Shown here one piece after another: positions 9,901 to 19,464 of a stretch of 51,141 bases of DNA (positions are counted from its first letter, which is position 1; each line of letters starts with the position of its first letter). The notes beneath the pieces are model-generated. The model saw only the letters and a program-made list of their open reading frames with translations. It ran no database searches and had not been told where the DNA came from. The position numbers and the translations under genes are program-made. The DNA is from a virus (Duplodnaviria > Caudoviricetes): positions 1 to 51,141 of IMG/VR virus record IMGVR_UViG_3300023179_000156, one strand, 5' to 3'.

Positions 9901-11341
9901 GGCCGACAAGGCAATTCAAAACATCTTCAAGTCAGCAAACGCCGCAGCCACGGCAATCGAAGAGTCGCAGCGACAGGTTGCTGACGCAATAAAGTCAGGC
10001 GTGCCGACAGCGCTCTCGCTACAGGGATTGCTAGACAGGCTCGCAGGAGAAATCGACTCCGCACAAAATGAAATCCAGTCGGCGCAGAAGGACTATGCCG
10101 AGAGCGGATTGACTCAGGACGATGCCGCGCTTCGCGACGAAAGAATTCAAAGTGCCAGAGGGCGCATTGAGCGCAGCCGCGAGCAGAGACTGCAGGCGCA
10201 GGCAAGGGCTACGGAACTGGAACAGCGCCGCATCATTGACCCGCAGTCGACGCTCGACGCCAGAAGGCAACGAGCGGAGGCCAACCTCCAAGCCTCCGGC
10301 GCGGAGTCCGGGATCCTCGCCCGCAGGCTGCGCGAACTTGACGCAATGCGCGCGAAGGTGGAGTCCGAAGTCGCCGCGAGGCCGGATAGCGTTTTTGTCC
10401 GCAGGCGCGCCGACAAAGAATTGGCGGCGATCAACAACGAAGCCGCCGCGATCGAGGTCGCAACTCTCGGCCTCAAGCGCTTTACGGAAGCCCTGGCTCG
10501 CGCGACGGCCGAGGCCGAGAGCAACCTGCAGGCCGCGCGGCAGCGAGATGACGACGTTCGCCGGCAGAGCCTTGCCCCTGGGCGCGGCGCAGCCTTGCCA
10601 ACGCAGGATGACAGGGATCGCGCCAGGAAGAACCTCGAAGAACAGCAGGCAGCCAACAGGGGGGTGGAAGAGGCAGTTGCTAGTGAGCGAGATAGACTTG
10701 AGCGGCTTGCGCAAGATGTCAACAATCCTCTTCTATTGACGTTCAAGCGCCTTCGCGAGATCGACGAGCAGTTGTCCTCGGGGGCCGGCACGCCGCTAGA
10801 AAGGCAGCGACTCATTCAAGAGAGACGCCGCCTCCAGGATCAGGTAGACAGCCAGATTGAGGAGTCGCCTGCTGTTCGCGATGCCAGGGACAACAGCACA
10901 AGAATCGAGCAGCGGCAGTCTGCCGAGGATCGCGGCCGCGAACTGGCGATGACGCCTGCGCAGCGTGCGGCCAGGGAGTCTGCCCAGCAGGCACGAGACC
11001 TCGTCGCTGAAATGAATCGCATCAACGCACCGCAAGCCGTGCAGAACGAAAAGATGAGCCAGTTGGCACTTGAGAGGGCGCAGCAGGTTGCACCGCTCGT
11101 GATGGGATTCCGCGAGGAGCGGCTCAACGCGCTGCTCCAGGGTCCGTCGCGGGCGGCACTCAACGTGGCCGACGTCAACACGATGGAGGGCCAGCGGGAA
11201 CTCAACCGCCTCCTCCGCGGAGACGACCCCAACAGGGACGTCAACCTCGTCGAACTCCAGAAGCAGTCGGAACTGCTGCAAGGCGTCATCGACGCCATCA
11301 AGGAAGAGGGCGGCCAGAACGTCGTCGAAATCAGGGGGTAA
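6974..11341 (+). CDS. Tail tape measure protein
   Basis: 1455 aa, Ala/Arg/Glu-rich and helical; central hydrophobic segment; follows the chaperone pair. Confidence 0.9.
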   Translation: MALLGKISAVLTANTQDFTRRIGESRRELQDFARQARGVQFNLNTRALDGTLTQLQRFQRTLREIQQLQARGVDAGLPNAGRLRDQFRAFEDIGKPLTSVKNQIEGLSSAIQAELYPELEKIQAGFRNLYRDLDTGAATFDRSAKRIENLQQRLLALSRATAVAKDIGGLSKQLEASSAGSSFFAPSAKEALKKTIALRGEAENIPARFRGGQFADLAVAAEENAARVEKAVARVARAQLRAGRPGGETPRNLEFRGRAQQELDAAVREQSAINALFDRDIRSATIKQVVSPDAVSQVEQLTEKFGKLSARLREGGDQRFDGLIASVGRVVERLNQGETSAKKTKLAIEALAGAEATKSFSAAGFGKADALIRTDSERAIEQIRRDAQKQRNNIIGDNPSLGRRRRAYIEGVNLREDIALSREEFNRTAAGRVNDLSSRVNGIKDAGLTSQFDNIRKLAADANVSLKAAFDGRNTAAGARALDDYKAKFPALIAEIDKFESKLKSAETARKRFDQFLSISGSRSDKLGADLERAASDISVARQFAGNFESGNTSGRRNVAAGIEKQLSAYQKAAELQQRIFDRPQAFKNEEARAKALERVTKVIEAQRRALRDLVVQESKRDGSRGITGAQFDAAANKAAKNRGSFGVGGAAVAQLAFQQGLFAIDDLISATGGLEYKLRAVGNNITQLGLLLGQSGLIPGLSATTGLFLGLSAVIGGQVITSILKYATGSELADDKAKALNDSLSRQKSLVEGLAQAFESLGDSIARKAFSSAGQSTRAFTKELANIDRKQKELREERVSFLDPGVQEERAKQATLKRRLDATSDGGQRVAILREIEESRRRERAAIRARASAPAPSPEDVRKSVVDRIRDSEFARLSEEKGGLFPVRLVDWRARREAEARREKARQDLDAAGADPLSLSRIVEQRIRERQEMATRDIGAFDLFTGDAIEITNAREDVAALTTLLESLRLPASLQADKAIQNIFKSANAAATAIEESQRQVADAIKSGVPTALSLQGLLDRLAGEIDSAQNEIQSAQKDYAESGLTQDDAALRDERIQSARGRIERSREQRLQAQARATELEQRRIIDPQSTLDARRQRAEANLQASGAESGILARRLRELDAMRAKVESEVAARPDSVFVRRRADKELAAINNEAAAIEVATLGLKRFTEALARATAEAESNLQAARQRDDDVRRQSLAPGRGAALPTQDDRDRARKNLEEQQAANRGVEEAVASERDRLERLAQDVNNPLLLTFKRLREIDEQLSSGAGTPLERQRLIQERRRLQDQVDSQIEESPAVRDARDNSTRIEQRQSAEDRGRELAMTPAQRAARESAQQARDLVAEMNRINAPQAVQNEKMSQLALERAQQVAPLVMGFREERLNALLQGPSRAALNVADVNTMEGQRELNRLLRGDDPNRDVNLVELQKQSELLQGVIDAIKEEGGQNVVEIRG

Positions 11342-11343
11342 TC

Positions 11344-11712
11344 ATGCCAGACATTTCATACGGTATCTCGCTGACAATCAACAAGGACAACCTCGTCAAT
11401 CAGGTGTCGGCGACGAACATCGCCGCCACGATGGACGTCGCCGGCCTCAAGAGCGTGACGTATACGCTGACCACGAACGCGACGTCGATTTCGACGGCTA
11501 ACCTGTCGAGCGTCGGCGTGGCGTTTCTGCGGAACCTGTCGACGGCCACGGCCTCGACCGCCCAGATCGGCATCGAGGCTGGCGGGTCATTCGTGTCTTT
11601 CTCCACGCTCAAGGCTGGTGAGCCGCAGTTGTTTCGCCTGTCTGCCGGCACCGACTACAAGGCAGTTGGGAAGTCAGGCACGCGGCTCCGCGTCGACATC
11701 ACCGAGGGCTGA
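11344..11712 (+). CDS. Hypothetical tail protein
   Basis: Synteny after tape measure gene. Confidence 0.55.
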   Translation: MPDISYGISLTINKDNLVNQVSATNIAATMDVAGLKSVTYTLTTNATSISTANLSSVGVAFLRNLSTATASTAQIGIEAGGSFVSFSTLKAGEPQLFRLSAGTDYKAVGKSGTRLRVDITEG

Positions 11713-11717
11713 CCAGG

Positions 11718-12809
11718 ATGTATATCAAAAACCCAACCGCCGGCGTCAAAGCCGTCGCGGAGATCACGCAAGGGACGTCGAACGAGCGCTCCGCAGACGG
11801 CGGCGAGTTGGCCGACGTTTCGGTGCGTACCTGGAGGCTGCTGCTTGAGTCTCCGTCGTCCTCCTATAGCGTCCAGCAGGCCGTCGGCGTCTTCATCGGT
11901 GACCCGCACCCGGTAAATACCGACCTGCCGTGCGTATCTTTTTCGGAGAAGCCCGACGGCGAGTCGCGTGTCACCAGGATCGTCACGGCGACGTACCGCA
12001 CGACGCCGGGGAGCGGGGGAGACAACGGTCAAGATCCAAACAAGCAGCAACCAAACATTCGGCCTGCGAAGTTCACGATTACTTCTGGCTTGATGGAGAT
12101 GCCAACGACAGAGTGGATTGACCTCGACAATGTGTTCAATAATAGAGGCGAGCCCAATTTCGTTCCTGCAACGAACCCAGTCGGCGATATGTACGACGGA
12201 ATCTCTGTTCCTTCGCCAGTGATCACTGTTTCTATTGAGCAGTTTGACAACTATCCAACGCTAGGACTTGAGGAGACCGGGCAAGTCAACAAAGACGACT
12301 TTGAGTTTCTTGGCCTGTCGGTTTGGCGGTATACCTGTATGCTTCGCGGCATCAACGTGCGTCCAGCCGTCGAGGCGTTCGGCGATCTCGTTTATCGAGG
12401 TTTCGTTAGGACTTTTGAGTTTGTAATCAGGCCCCGCGGGGGGTGGAAAATAAAACAAGTTATCGAGGGATTCAACATCAAGAACGACGGACTCGGCAGA
12501 AACGACGTATATCAAGATGGGCTTGCGCTTGTTCACAAGAACGGCCGCGTGCAGGAACCGCCGAACGGCCAGAAAACGCTTGTCAAACCCGGCGAAAAAG
12601 TTCGGGCCGTGATTCCTATCCACTCTCTTGACGGCGGGTGGATGCAGCGCCCAAGCGCCCAGCCTGTGGCGCTCAATATTGACGGAACGCCGAGAAATGT
12701 TGACACGCAAATCCCAAAAGTGTTGACCAAGCAGTACATCACATCGCGCCCGGTGACGTTCGGCAACAACTTCGTCAACTTCGGCGTCCGCGTCGAGGAC
12801 ATCATCTGA
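11718..12809 (+). CDS. Putative distal tail / tail tip protein
   Basis: 363 aa after tape measure gene; function from synteny. Confidence 0.55.
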   Translation: MYIKNPTAGVKAVAEITQGTSNERSADGGELADVSVRTWRLLLESPSSSYSVQQAVGVFIGDPHPVNTDLPCVSFSEKPDGESRVTRIVTATYRTTPGSGGDNGQDPNKQQPNIRPAKFTITSGLMEMPTTEWIDLDNVFNNRGEPNFVPATNPVGDMYDGISVPSPVITVSIEQFDNYPTLGLEETGQVNKDDFEFLGLSVWRYTCMLRGINVRPAVEAFGDLVYRGFVRTFEFVIRPRGGWKIKQVIEGFNIKNDGLGRNDVYQDGLALVHKNGRVQEPPNGQKTLVKPGEKVRAVIPIHSLDGGWMQRPSAQPVALNIDGTPRNVDTQIPKVLTKQYITSRPVTFGNNFVNFGVRVEDII

Positions 12810-13159
12810 TGGCCGAGAAAGGCTACCAGTTCGGCCCCGTCCTGACCGACCGCATCATCTCGGTGGTGAGGCGCGTCGACGGGGAGCCGTACACGGCAAG
12901 CCGCATCCCACGACCGACGCGGTTCGAGGAGATGCCGACAGTTGGCGGCAGCATCCGCATCGGCAAGACAACCGCGCTGTGGTCAAAAAACACGCTCGCC
13001 ACCATCACGCTGTACGAAAGCGGCACGCCGCCAAATGAGACGGCAGGCGGCGGCACGCTTGAAAACTGTGTGAACAAGTTTGCCAACATACCCGCAAACA
13101 AGTGGGTCATGCTCGCGTCATTAAACGGACACTTTTACGTCATCGCTGCGGAGTGCTAG
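12809..13159 (+). CDS. Hypothetical tail protein
   Basis: Coupled ORF in tail operon. Confidence 0.55.
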   Translation: MAEKGYQFGPVLTDRIISVVRRVDGEPYTASRIPRPTRFEEMPTVGGSIRIGKTTALWSKNTLATITLYESGTPPNETAGGGTLENCVNKFANIPANKWVMLASLNGHFYVIAAEC

Positions 13160-15640
13160 ATGGTGGAACTCATTGCTGCAATAGCGGCAGAGCCAATGTC
13201 AGCGCTTGGTGTAGGCATTTTGCTTGTGGCTGCTGGAATGTATCCGCTTGGATTCATGCTTGGGTCAGATTGCAGCAAATGTTGCGGTACGTGCGATCAA
13301 TGCGAAGAGGGCGAACTTCCCGACACTGTGACCGTCACGTTCGACGGCTTTTCAGACAAGACACGAAGCCATGATTTGTGCAAACTAAACTTTTCATCAT
13401 GCTACGGCAGCGGTGCGGACGGGCGTGTGTTAGAACCGGGTGGCGATCAGGAAACCGACGCAGGACCGATTAGCGAGGTTTCCCTAACCGATCATGGAAG
13501 CGGCTACGCAAAGTTTGGCCGCGTTGCCCCTACGTTGACTGCGACCGGCGCAGGAGAAGGCGCGGAGATTTTATTGACGCTAACGCAGTCGCAAAACGCA
13601 TGCGGACTCGATTATTGGAAAATCACAAGTGCTTCTGTCACTGGAGGAACTGGATATTCGGACAACGAGCAGTTGTCAGTGTCTACAGCGGATGGAGACA
13701 CAACGGAAGCATCTGCGGAAATAAGGCTGCGCACGCAGCGCGTGGAGCCCGAACTGATTGTTCAAGACTCGAACGGCTCTGCCGACTTCTCGCTGTCGCT
13801 TACGCAGAACGCAGGGACGCCGGAATCGTGGCGTGTAAATAGCGTAACGATCAATGATGGAGGATCGGGGTACTCATGGGGAGAGGAACTTTACATTGTC
13901 GGAAAGACTGCTGACGACAAAACAAGCGGATACGTCGGGATTTCGATTCTGTTGCGGACTGACATCGTCGAACCGACGCTGGCGGCCAGCGTGACTAGCG
14001 AAACGGGAACTGGCGCTGCGCTGTCTGTGAATCTGTCGCCGGACACGACAGGGGACGGCAAGCCGGTGTTCACCGTCTCCTCGCTGACGGTAGACGATGG
14101 AGGATCAGGCTACGCGGTCGGCGATTCAGTGAACATTTCTGTCACGGACGGAATGGATGACTGGGGCTATTTCGATGCAACTGTCGATGCAGTTGACGAG
14201 GCTGGAGTCATACAGTCCATCGCAATCAACTGGGGCGGATGGTACAGCAAAGACCTTGGAGTGATAACGGATTTTGAGTGGGGTGACGGCTACTACTACG
14301 CCAACTCCTACTACCGCGACAACGGCACTCCATCCAGCATAGAGGTCGTAAATGGCGGCATTTACTATCGCGAGGATGCAGACGCGCCGCCATACGTCGC
14401 AACCGTCACCGTCACTATCTCGCAAGAATACCCCAGCGCCGGCGCAGGCGCGGAAATCACGGCCACGGTCGATGATGACCCCGAGAGCCCAAACTTCGGC
14501 AAGATAGCCAGCCTAGAAATTGCCAATGGCGGCAACGGCTATCTCGCATGGATTTGGCTTGCAAACGACTGCTGCGGATGGCAACTCAACGGGATGCCGA
14601 TTGTGCTAAAGCGCAACAGGCTAGGGAGGTCAAATTACGAATGCACCTACTCGCACGAAATATGCGGTGGCTGGGGATATGAAGTAGGCAACTACTCTGT
14701 GACGCATACAGCCGGGCTAATGCAAGTAGGAGTCGAATACAGAGGTCCGTCGCTGCCGCCGGTTGTGTTCATAAACAGAAACGTCACCAACAGCAGCGAT
14801 GGCAATTATCCTACTAGGTGCGCGGTTTCAATGACGGCCTCCGAGCCAATCGCTGACTGCGACCAGTTCTCGTTCGCTGCGTCCAACCTAACGGGCATTA
14901 CGGCAACGGTTAGTCATGGCGGCGAATACGATCCATACTTTGCTGGCAGGCAGGGAAGCGGCGCACAACTGGTTCCAAATGCAGACAACTGCAAGCAATG
15001 CTGCCAAGGCGCAGATGACATTCCCGACGAACTAGAAGTATACGTTGAGCAGAATTGGTTTGGTTTTTCTAACCTGTCTGGAACGTACATTCTGCCTCGC
15101 GTCGGAGATCAACTAAACTACAATGCTCCGTTCCGTACTGTTTGGCTTTTGACAGCAGGCTCTCCACACTCAAACGAAAATCCATTTGGCCCTCTAGTGC
15201 TATCAATTGAGATTCGCCCAGATGTATGCTCGGTCGGATACTTTGGTTCGTCCCCCGGCACGCCGGGGTGCGACAACTGCGTAAAAAAATGCGGCATCAG
15301 AGCAGCATGTTCACGCCCAGATGGCTCCGGGCCATACGGACTGTTTGAGGAAGATATGCGATTCTGCTTCAGATATGACCCGTCGCTCACGGAGTCTGAA
15401 AAAGCCTCGCAATACTGTGCAGTCCTGTGCATGGACGTTCCACTGTGCAGTCCACCGTCTGGCATGGAGTTCAACTTTTTTGCTCCATACGGCTCTGAAA
15501 ATCTCTCAAATGCAGGAAACAACTACCTCTGCGCGCAGAACATCAAGCCAACGTACAGGGCAGGCGATCCAGTTCTCGGGCCGTACACCGGGCCAGTGCG
15601 ACCTAATCACCTCAACACGTTCAAGATGACAGTGCAATGA
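13160..15640 (+). CDS. Putative tail fibre / receptor-binding protein
   Basis: 826 aa; repeated 'I.(N/D)GGSGY' beta motifs; Cys-rich segments; visibly lower GC than flanks. Confidence 0.6.
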   Translation: MVELIAAIAAEPMSALGVGILLVAAGMYPLGFMLGSDCSKCCGTCDQCEEGELPDTVTVTFDGFSDKTRSHDLCKLNFSSCYGSGADGRVLEPGGDQETDAGPISEVSLTDHGSGYAKFGRVAPTLTATGAGEGAEILLTLTQSQNACGLDYWKITSASVTGGTGYSDNEQLSVSTADGDTTEASAEIRLRTQRVEPELIVQDSNGSADFSLSLTQNAGTPESWRVNSVTINDGGSGYSWGEELYIVGKTADDKTSGYVGISILLRTDIVEPTLAASVTSETGTGAALSVNLSPDTTGDGKPVFTVSSLTVDDGGSGYAVGDSVNISVTDGMDDWGYFDATVDAVDEAGVIQSIAINWGGWYSKDLGVITDFEWGDGYYYANSYYRDNGTPSSIEVVNGGIYYREDADAPPYVATVTVTISQEYPSAGAGAEITATVDDDPESPNFGKIASLEIANGGNGYLAWIWLANDCCGWQLNGMPIVLKRNRLGRSNYECTYSHEICGGWGYEVGNYSVTHTAGLMQVGVEYRGPSLPPVVFINRNVTNSSDGNYPTRCAVSMTASEPIADCDQFSFAASNLTGITATVSHGGEYDPYFAGRQGSGAQLVPNADNCKQCCQGADDIPDELEVYVEQNWFGFSNLSGTYILPRVGDQLNYNAPFRTVWLLTAGSPHSNENPFGPLVLSIEIRPDVCSVGYFGSSPGTPGCDNCVKKCGIRAACSRPDGSGPYGLFEEDMRFCFRYDPSLTESEKASQYCAVLCMDVPLCSPPSGMEFNFFAPYGSENLSNAGNNYLCAQNIKPTYRAGDPVLGPYTGPVRPNHLNTFKMTVQ

Positions 15641-15960
15641 AAGTCTGCGATTTCAACAACCCGACACAGACGTGCCAGACGTGCGGCTACTACGCGAAGC
15701 GGCTCCCCACCTATCGAGAGTGCCGCCCGGTGCCAAAAAAAGTGTGGCGGCCTATTGCGGTCGGCGATGCTGTCGAGCAGATGCTAACCAGCGTCGGAAT
15801 AACCAAGGAGCGCGTCGAGCAATGGACGCGAACATCCGGCAAGTCTGGAGGATGCGGGTGCGCGTCTCGCCAGAGGTGGCTCAATGAATTGGGCTTCAAG
15901 GTGCAGTGGTGGGTGAGGCGGCAACTTGAGAAGACTAGGGACTTTTACTATCCGCCATGA
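15637..15960 (+). CDS. Cys-rich hypothetical protein
   Basis: CxxC and 'CGC..RQ.WLN' motifs; ATGA coupling. Confidence 0.65.
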   Translation: MKVCDFNNPTQTCQTCGYYAKRLPTYRECRPVPKKVWRPIAVGDAVEQMLTSVGITKERVEQWTRTSGKSGGCGCASRQRWLNELGFKVQWWVRRQLEKTRDFYYPP

Positions 15961-16107
15961 AAGGAGCAGGAGACCACGAAGGGGCGGGTGTCGGCGGTCG
16001 TTGGGGCTCCGTGCCGGTGTCCAGAGCGACAAAGCGCGCTCAATAAATTAGGCAAGATCATTGGAATCGGCGTGGACAACCCGTAGGCTACATGGCACCA
16101 TATCGGC

Positions 16108-16392
16108 ATGGCCGGCGACCACCACTTCACGATCCACGGCGTCAAATGGCTGCTCCGCTTCACGCGGCTGCGTGGCGAGGCGGCCGGGTGGGCGTATCTG
16201 CCGGACGCGAAGAATCCGAAGATGCCGCGGAAGATCCTGATCGACGAGCGGCTCAAGGGCCGCGCACGCCTGGAGACGATCCTGCATGAGTGCATCCATG
16301 TCTCGTTCCCAACGGCCAGCGAAGAACACGTTACCGAAGCCGCCCGCGACATCAGCCGCGTCCTCTGGAGCCTCCGCGACGAGTCTGCTTGA
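16108..16392 (+). CDS. Small HExxH (metallopeptidase-like) protein
   Basis: 'LETILHECIH' motif. Confidence 0.6.
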   Translation: MAGDHHFTIHGVKWLLRFTRLRGEAAGWAYLPDAKNPKMPRKILIDERLKGRARLETILHECIHVSFPTASEEHVTEAARDISRVLWSLRDESA

Positions 16393-16621
16393 CGCCGTCG
16401 TCGCCACGCTCCCAGACACCTACCACGGCATCGGCTACTGGATCGACAACGTCGCCCCCGAGGCCAGGGCGGAACTGGAAGAGATCAAGCGGCAGTACCG
16501 CGCGGGCGCGATCAAGACGCCGCGGCGAACTCTGGCAAAGGCCATCTCCAAGAATCTCCGCGAGCGCGGCATCTCCCAGATCGGATTCCCTGGGGTCGAG
16601 ACATGGCTGCAAAGGGGCTGA
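16298..16621 (+). CDS. Hypothetical protein (start uncertain, overlaps previous gene)
   Basis: Protein-like C-terminal region; only in-frame starts lie inside the upstream ORF. Confidence 0.5.
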   Translation: MSRSQRPAKNTLPKPPATSAASSGASATSLLDAVVATLPDTYHGIGYWIDNVAPEARAELEEIKRQYRAGAIKTPRRTLAKAISKNLRERGISQIGFPGVETWLQRG

Positions 16622-17760
16622 AGGCGGCGATCATCTCGTCGCTGCCTGCGGAGACGCCGTCAGCGGACTCCGAACAGGTCACGCAGCGACAGGACGGCGA
16701 CACGCTGGAGGCGAAAAGCACCTCGCGGCGGATCAAGACCGTCGAGGATCTCCTGCGGCATGTCGGCGCGGACATGACGGCCTACGAGGTCGCCTCTTCT
16801 GAAGCGACCAAGTGGGAGTGCGGCGACGGCAACGGCGGTTCGATCGAACTCCACCGCGTCTTCGTCAGGCTCAAGCCCAAGGCTGGGCCTGGGGTCCGCG
16901 AGTGCGTCGAGGCGATGATCAAGGCGGCGGCGAAAGGCCTGCGCCGCAAGGCTGTTCCGAAGCCGGCGAAGCGCGATGGCCTCTGGCAAGTGGTGGTTGT
17001 CGCTGACGCCCACTTCGGCAAATACGCTTGGCGCGGAACCACCGGGGCCGAGGACTACGACCTCTACATCGCCGAGACGGTCGTGCGGCAGGCGGCAGGC
17101 GAACTGCTGGCCGTCGGGGACTCCATGAAGCCGGCCCGCCGGACGATCGCGTTCCTGGGCGACCTCCTGCACTACGACAACCCGAAGGGGCAGACAACCT
17201 CCGGAACGCAACTGGAGCGGGACGGACGCTTGCAGAAGATGCTTGAGATCGGCTGGGACTGCTTGCTGGAGATCGTCGAGCGGTCGGCCTCGACAGCGCC
17301 GACCGACGTTCTGGTCGTCAACGGCAACCACGACGAAACCTTGAGTTGGGCCTTTCAGCGCGTGCTGATGGAGCGGTTTCGCAACGACGGCCGCGTGACG
17401 GTGTCTGGCGCGTTCACGGGGCGGCAGTACGCGACGCACGGCAAGAACCTGATCGGATTCTGCCACGGCCACAAGGCCAAGAGAAAACTGGGCCAGATCA
17501 TGGCGTTGGAGCAGCCGCGGCACTGGAGCAACGCCGTCTGCCGCGAGTGGCACACCGGCCACTATCACTCGCAGGCCGCGGAGTGGCAGCGGCCCATCGA
17601 AACGATCGACGGCGTGATCGTCAGGACGGCGCCGGCCCTCTGCCCGCCGGATGACTGGCACGCCGAGAACGGGTTCGTTGGCTCTCGTCGGGCGATGGAG
17701 ACGTTCCTGTACCGCCCAGAGGGCGGGCTGGTGTCGATGCACGTTGCCGGGGGTGACTAA
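16603..17760 (+). CDS. Calcineurin-like metallophosphoesterase
   Basis: DxH (ADAHFG), GD (LGDLLH), GNHD, HGH and GHYH motifs in canonical order. Confidence 0.85.
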   Translation: MAAKGLKAAIISSLPAETPSADSEQVTQRQDGDTLEAKSTSRRIKTVEDLLRHVGADMTAYEVASSEATKWECGDGNGGSIELHRVFVRLKPKAGPGVRECVEAMIKAAAKGLRRKAVPKPAKRDGLWQVVVVADAHFGKYAWRGTTGAEDYDLYIAETVVRQAAGELLAVGDSMKPARRTIAFLGDLLHYDNPKGQTTSGTQLERDGRLQKMLEIGWDCLLEIVERSASTAPTDVLVVNGNHDETLSWAFQRVLMERFRNDGRVTVSGAFTGRQYATHGKNLIGFCHGHKAKRKLGQIMALEQPRHWSNAVCREWHTGHYHSQAAEWQRPIETIDGVIVRTAPALCPPDDWHAENGFVGSRRAMETFLYRPEGGLVSMHVAGGD

Positions 17761-18264
17761 ATGGCTACCCTGCACCACAACACCGCCGTCGATTGGCTGC
17801 GCGTGGCCGCCAAGGAGGCCGCCGCCGGCAGCGATGACACGCACACGCAGAATGGCGCCGTGCTGGTGCCGCGCGCCGCCGCCTACGTTTGCGTCGGCGT
17901 CAACCGGGTGCCTTCCGGCGTGTGGGCGGCGCCAGACAGGCTGGCGCGGCCGGAGAAATATCAGTGGATTGAACACGCGGAGCGGGCGGCGATTTACAGG
18001 GCCGCGCGGATCGGCACTCCGACGGCCGGCGCCACCCTCTACTGCCCGTGGTTCGCCTGCATGGACTGTGCCAGGGCGATCATTCTGGCAGGAATCGTCG
18101 AGGTCGTCGGCCATGTCCGGCCGCGGGCGGCGACGCCAGAGCGATGGACGTCCCAGATAGTCAAGGCCGAGTCCATGCTCCGCGAGGCGCGCGTTGGGAT
18201 GCGGTGGATTGCGGAGCCGCTGGGCGTGACCATTCGATTCGACGGACAGGAGATGGAACTATGA
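17761..18264 (+). CDS. dCMP deaminase family protein
   Basis: HAE and 'PWFACMDC' Zn-binding motifs. Confidence 0.88.
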   Translation: MATLHHNTAVDWLRVAAKEAAAGSDDTHTQNGAVLVPRAAAYVCVGVNRVPSGVWAAPDRLARPEKYQWIEHAERAAIYRAARIGTPTAGATLYCPWFACMDCARAIILAGIVEVVGHVRPRAATPERWTSQIVKAESMLREARVGMRWIAEPLGVTIRFDGQEMEL

Positions 18265-18809
18265 TCATCGGACTCTGCGGTGCGGCCGGGGCTGGAAAAA
18301 ACACGGTCGCGGAGCGGCTGTGCCTGGAACACAAGTTCGTGCCGCTGGCGTTCGCCGACCCGCTCTATGCCGCCGTCTCGGCGATCACCGGGCTGTCCGT
18401 CGAGCAGTTGCAGGACCGCTCCAGGAAGGAAAACGCGCTGGGCTGGATCAGTTGCTCGCCCAGAAGACTCCTGCAAACCCTCGGCACCGACTGGGGCCGG
18501 AACATGATCCACCCTGAAATCTGGGTCATGGCGACGATGCAGCGGGCAGATGCCGCCGGAGGCGACATCTGCATCACCGATGTACGATTCGCCAACGAGG
18601 CCGCGGCGATCAAGGCACGCGGCGGCGTCGTGTGGCGCGTGGTACGCCCCGGCTTCGGCGTCCTGGACGGCGAGGCCGCTGGTCACGAGAGCGAGCGCGG
18701 CGTTCCGCTGGAATACGTCGACAATGAGATCGTCAACGCCAGTGACATCATGTCGCTGTGGGCCGGCGTCGATGCCGCCATCCGGCGTCTTGAGGCAGTT
18801 ACAATATAG
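18261..18809 (+). CDS. Deoxynucleoside monophosphate kinase
   Basis: 'IIGLCGAAGAGKNT', 'FADPL', 'PRRLLQTLGTDWGR', 'ITDVRFANE', 'HESE' motifs. Confidence 0.9.
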   Translation: MIIGLCGAAGAGKNTVAERLCLEHKFVPLAFADPLYAAVSAITGLSVEQLQDRSRKENALGWISCSPRRLLQTLGTDWGRNMIHPEIWVMATMQRADAAGGDICITDVRFANEAAAIKARGGVVWRVVRPGFGVLDGEAAGHESERGVPLEYVDNEIVNASDIMSLWAGVDAAIRRLEAVTI

Positions 18810-18843
18810 GAAGGCATTTTTATGTCTCTCCAAGGATGGAATC

Positions 18844-19143
18844 GTGACAGCGAAGGAACTCAAGCAGGGCGTCATCGACACGCTCATTCGTGTCGCTGAC
18901 AGGCTCGGCGTCCCGTGCGCCATACTCGCACTCATCTTGTTTTTTGGACGCGAGGCCGCTGTCGCCATACACGCGACAGTGCTTGAGCCGATCGTGGAGA
19001 GCCACATCCAGTTTCTTGACACGACGTCAGAGACGCTCAAGGAAATCGGACAGGTGCAGCGCCAGCAGGCCGACGCGCTCCAGGAGTTGTCTCGGGGGCA
19101 GAAAGACTTGCACGAGACGGTGGTAAACGCCGTGAGGAACTAG
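18844..19143 (+). CDS. Small membrane protein (holin-like candidate)
   Basis: One hydrophobic helix followed by a coiled coil; GTG start with RBS. Confidence 0.45.
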   Translation: MTAKELKQGVIDTLIRVADRLGVPCAILALILFFGREAAVAIHATVLEPIVESHIQFLDTTSETLKEIGQVQRQQADALQELSRGQKDLHETVVNAVRN

Positions 19144-19146
19144 CCG

Positions 19147-19464
19147 ATGGCGTCCTCCTACGACCAGACTCCAGGCAACCTCCCCATCTCGTTCACGCGC
19201 GGCGACACCATGTCGGCACTGGTCGATTTCAGCATCGACCTCACGGGGTACTCGTTCTCCGGGTCGCTGGTTTCTGTGATCACCGGCAGCGAGGTCGTTC
19301 CACTGACTGTCTCTGTCGTTTCTGCCAGCAACGGTCAGGTCAACGTATCACTGACGCCACAGCAGACGGCCGCGCTTGCTCGCGGCACTTACGCCTGGAA
19401 GTTCGTCTGGACGCAGGGGCTTGCTGTCCGCACGGCCCTCACCGGGTTCGTGGAGGCGCTGTGA
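19147..19464 (+). CDS. Hypothetical virion protein
   Basis: 'RGDT...DLTGYSF' beta-sandwich-like sequence before fibre genes. Confidence 0.55.
   Translation: MASSYDQTPGNLPISFTRGDTMSALVDFSIDLTGYSFSGSLVSVITGSEVVPLTVSVVSASNGQVNVSLTPQQTAALARGTYAWKFVWTQGLAVRTALTGFVEAL

Noticed and set aside
16660-18114. 484-aa minus-strand ORF and similar long antisense ORFs (e.g. 24716-25813, 40991-42127)
   Set aside because: Shadow frames of motif-bearing + strand genes in high-GC DNA.
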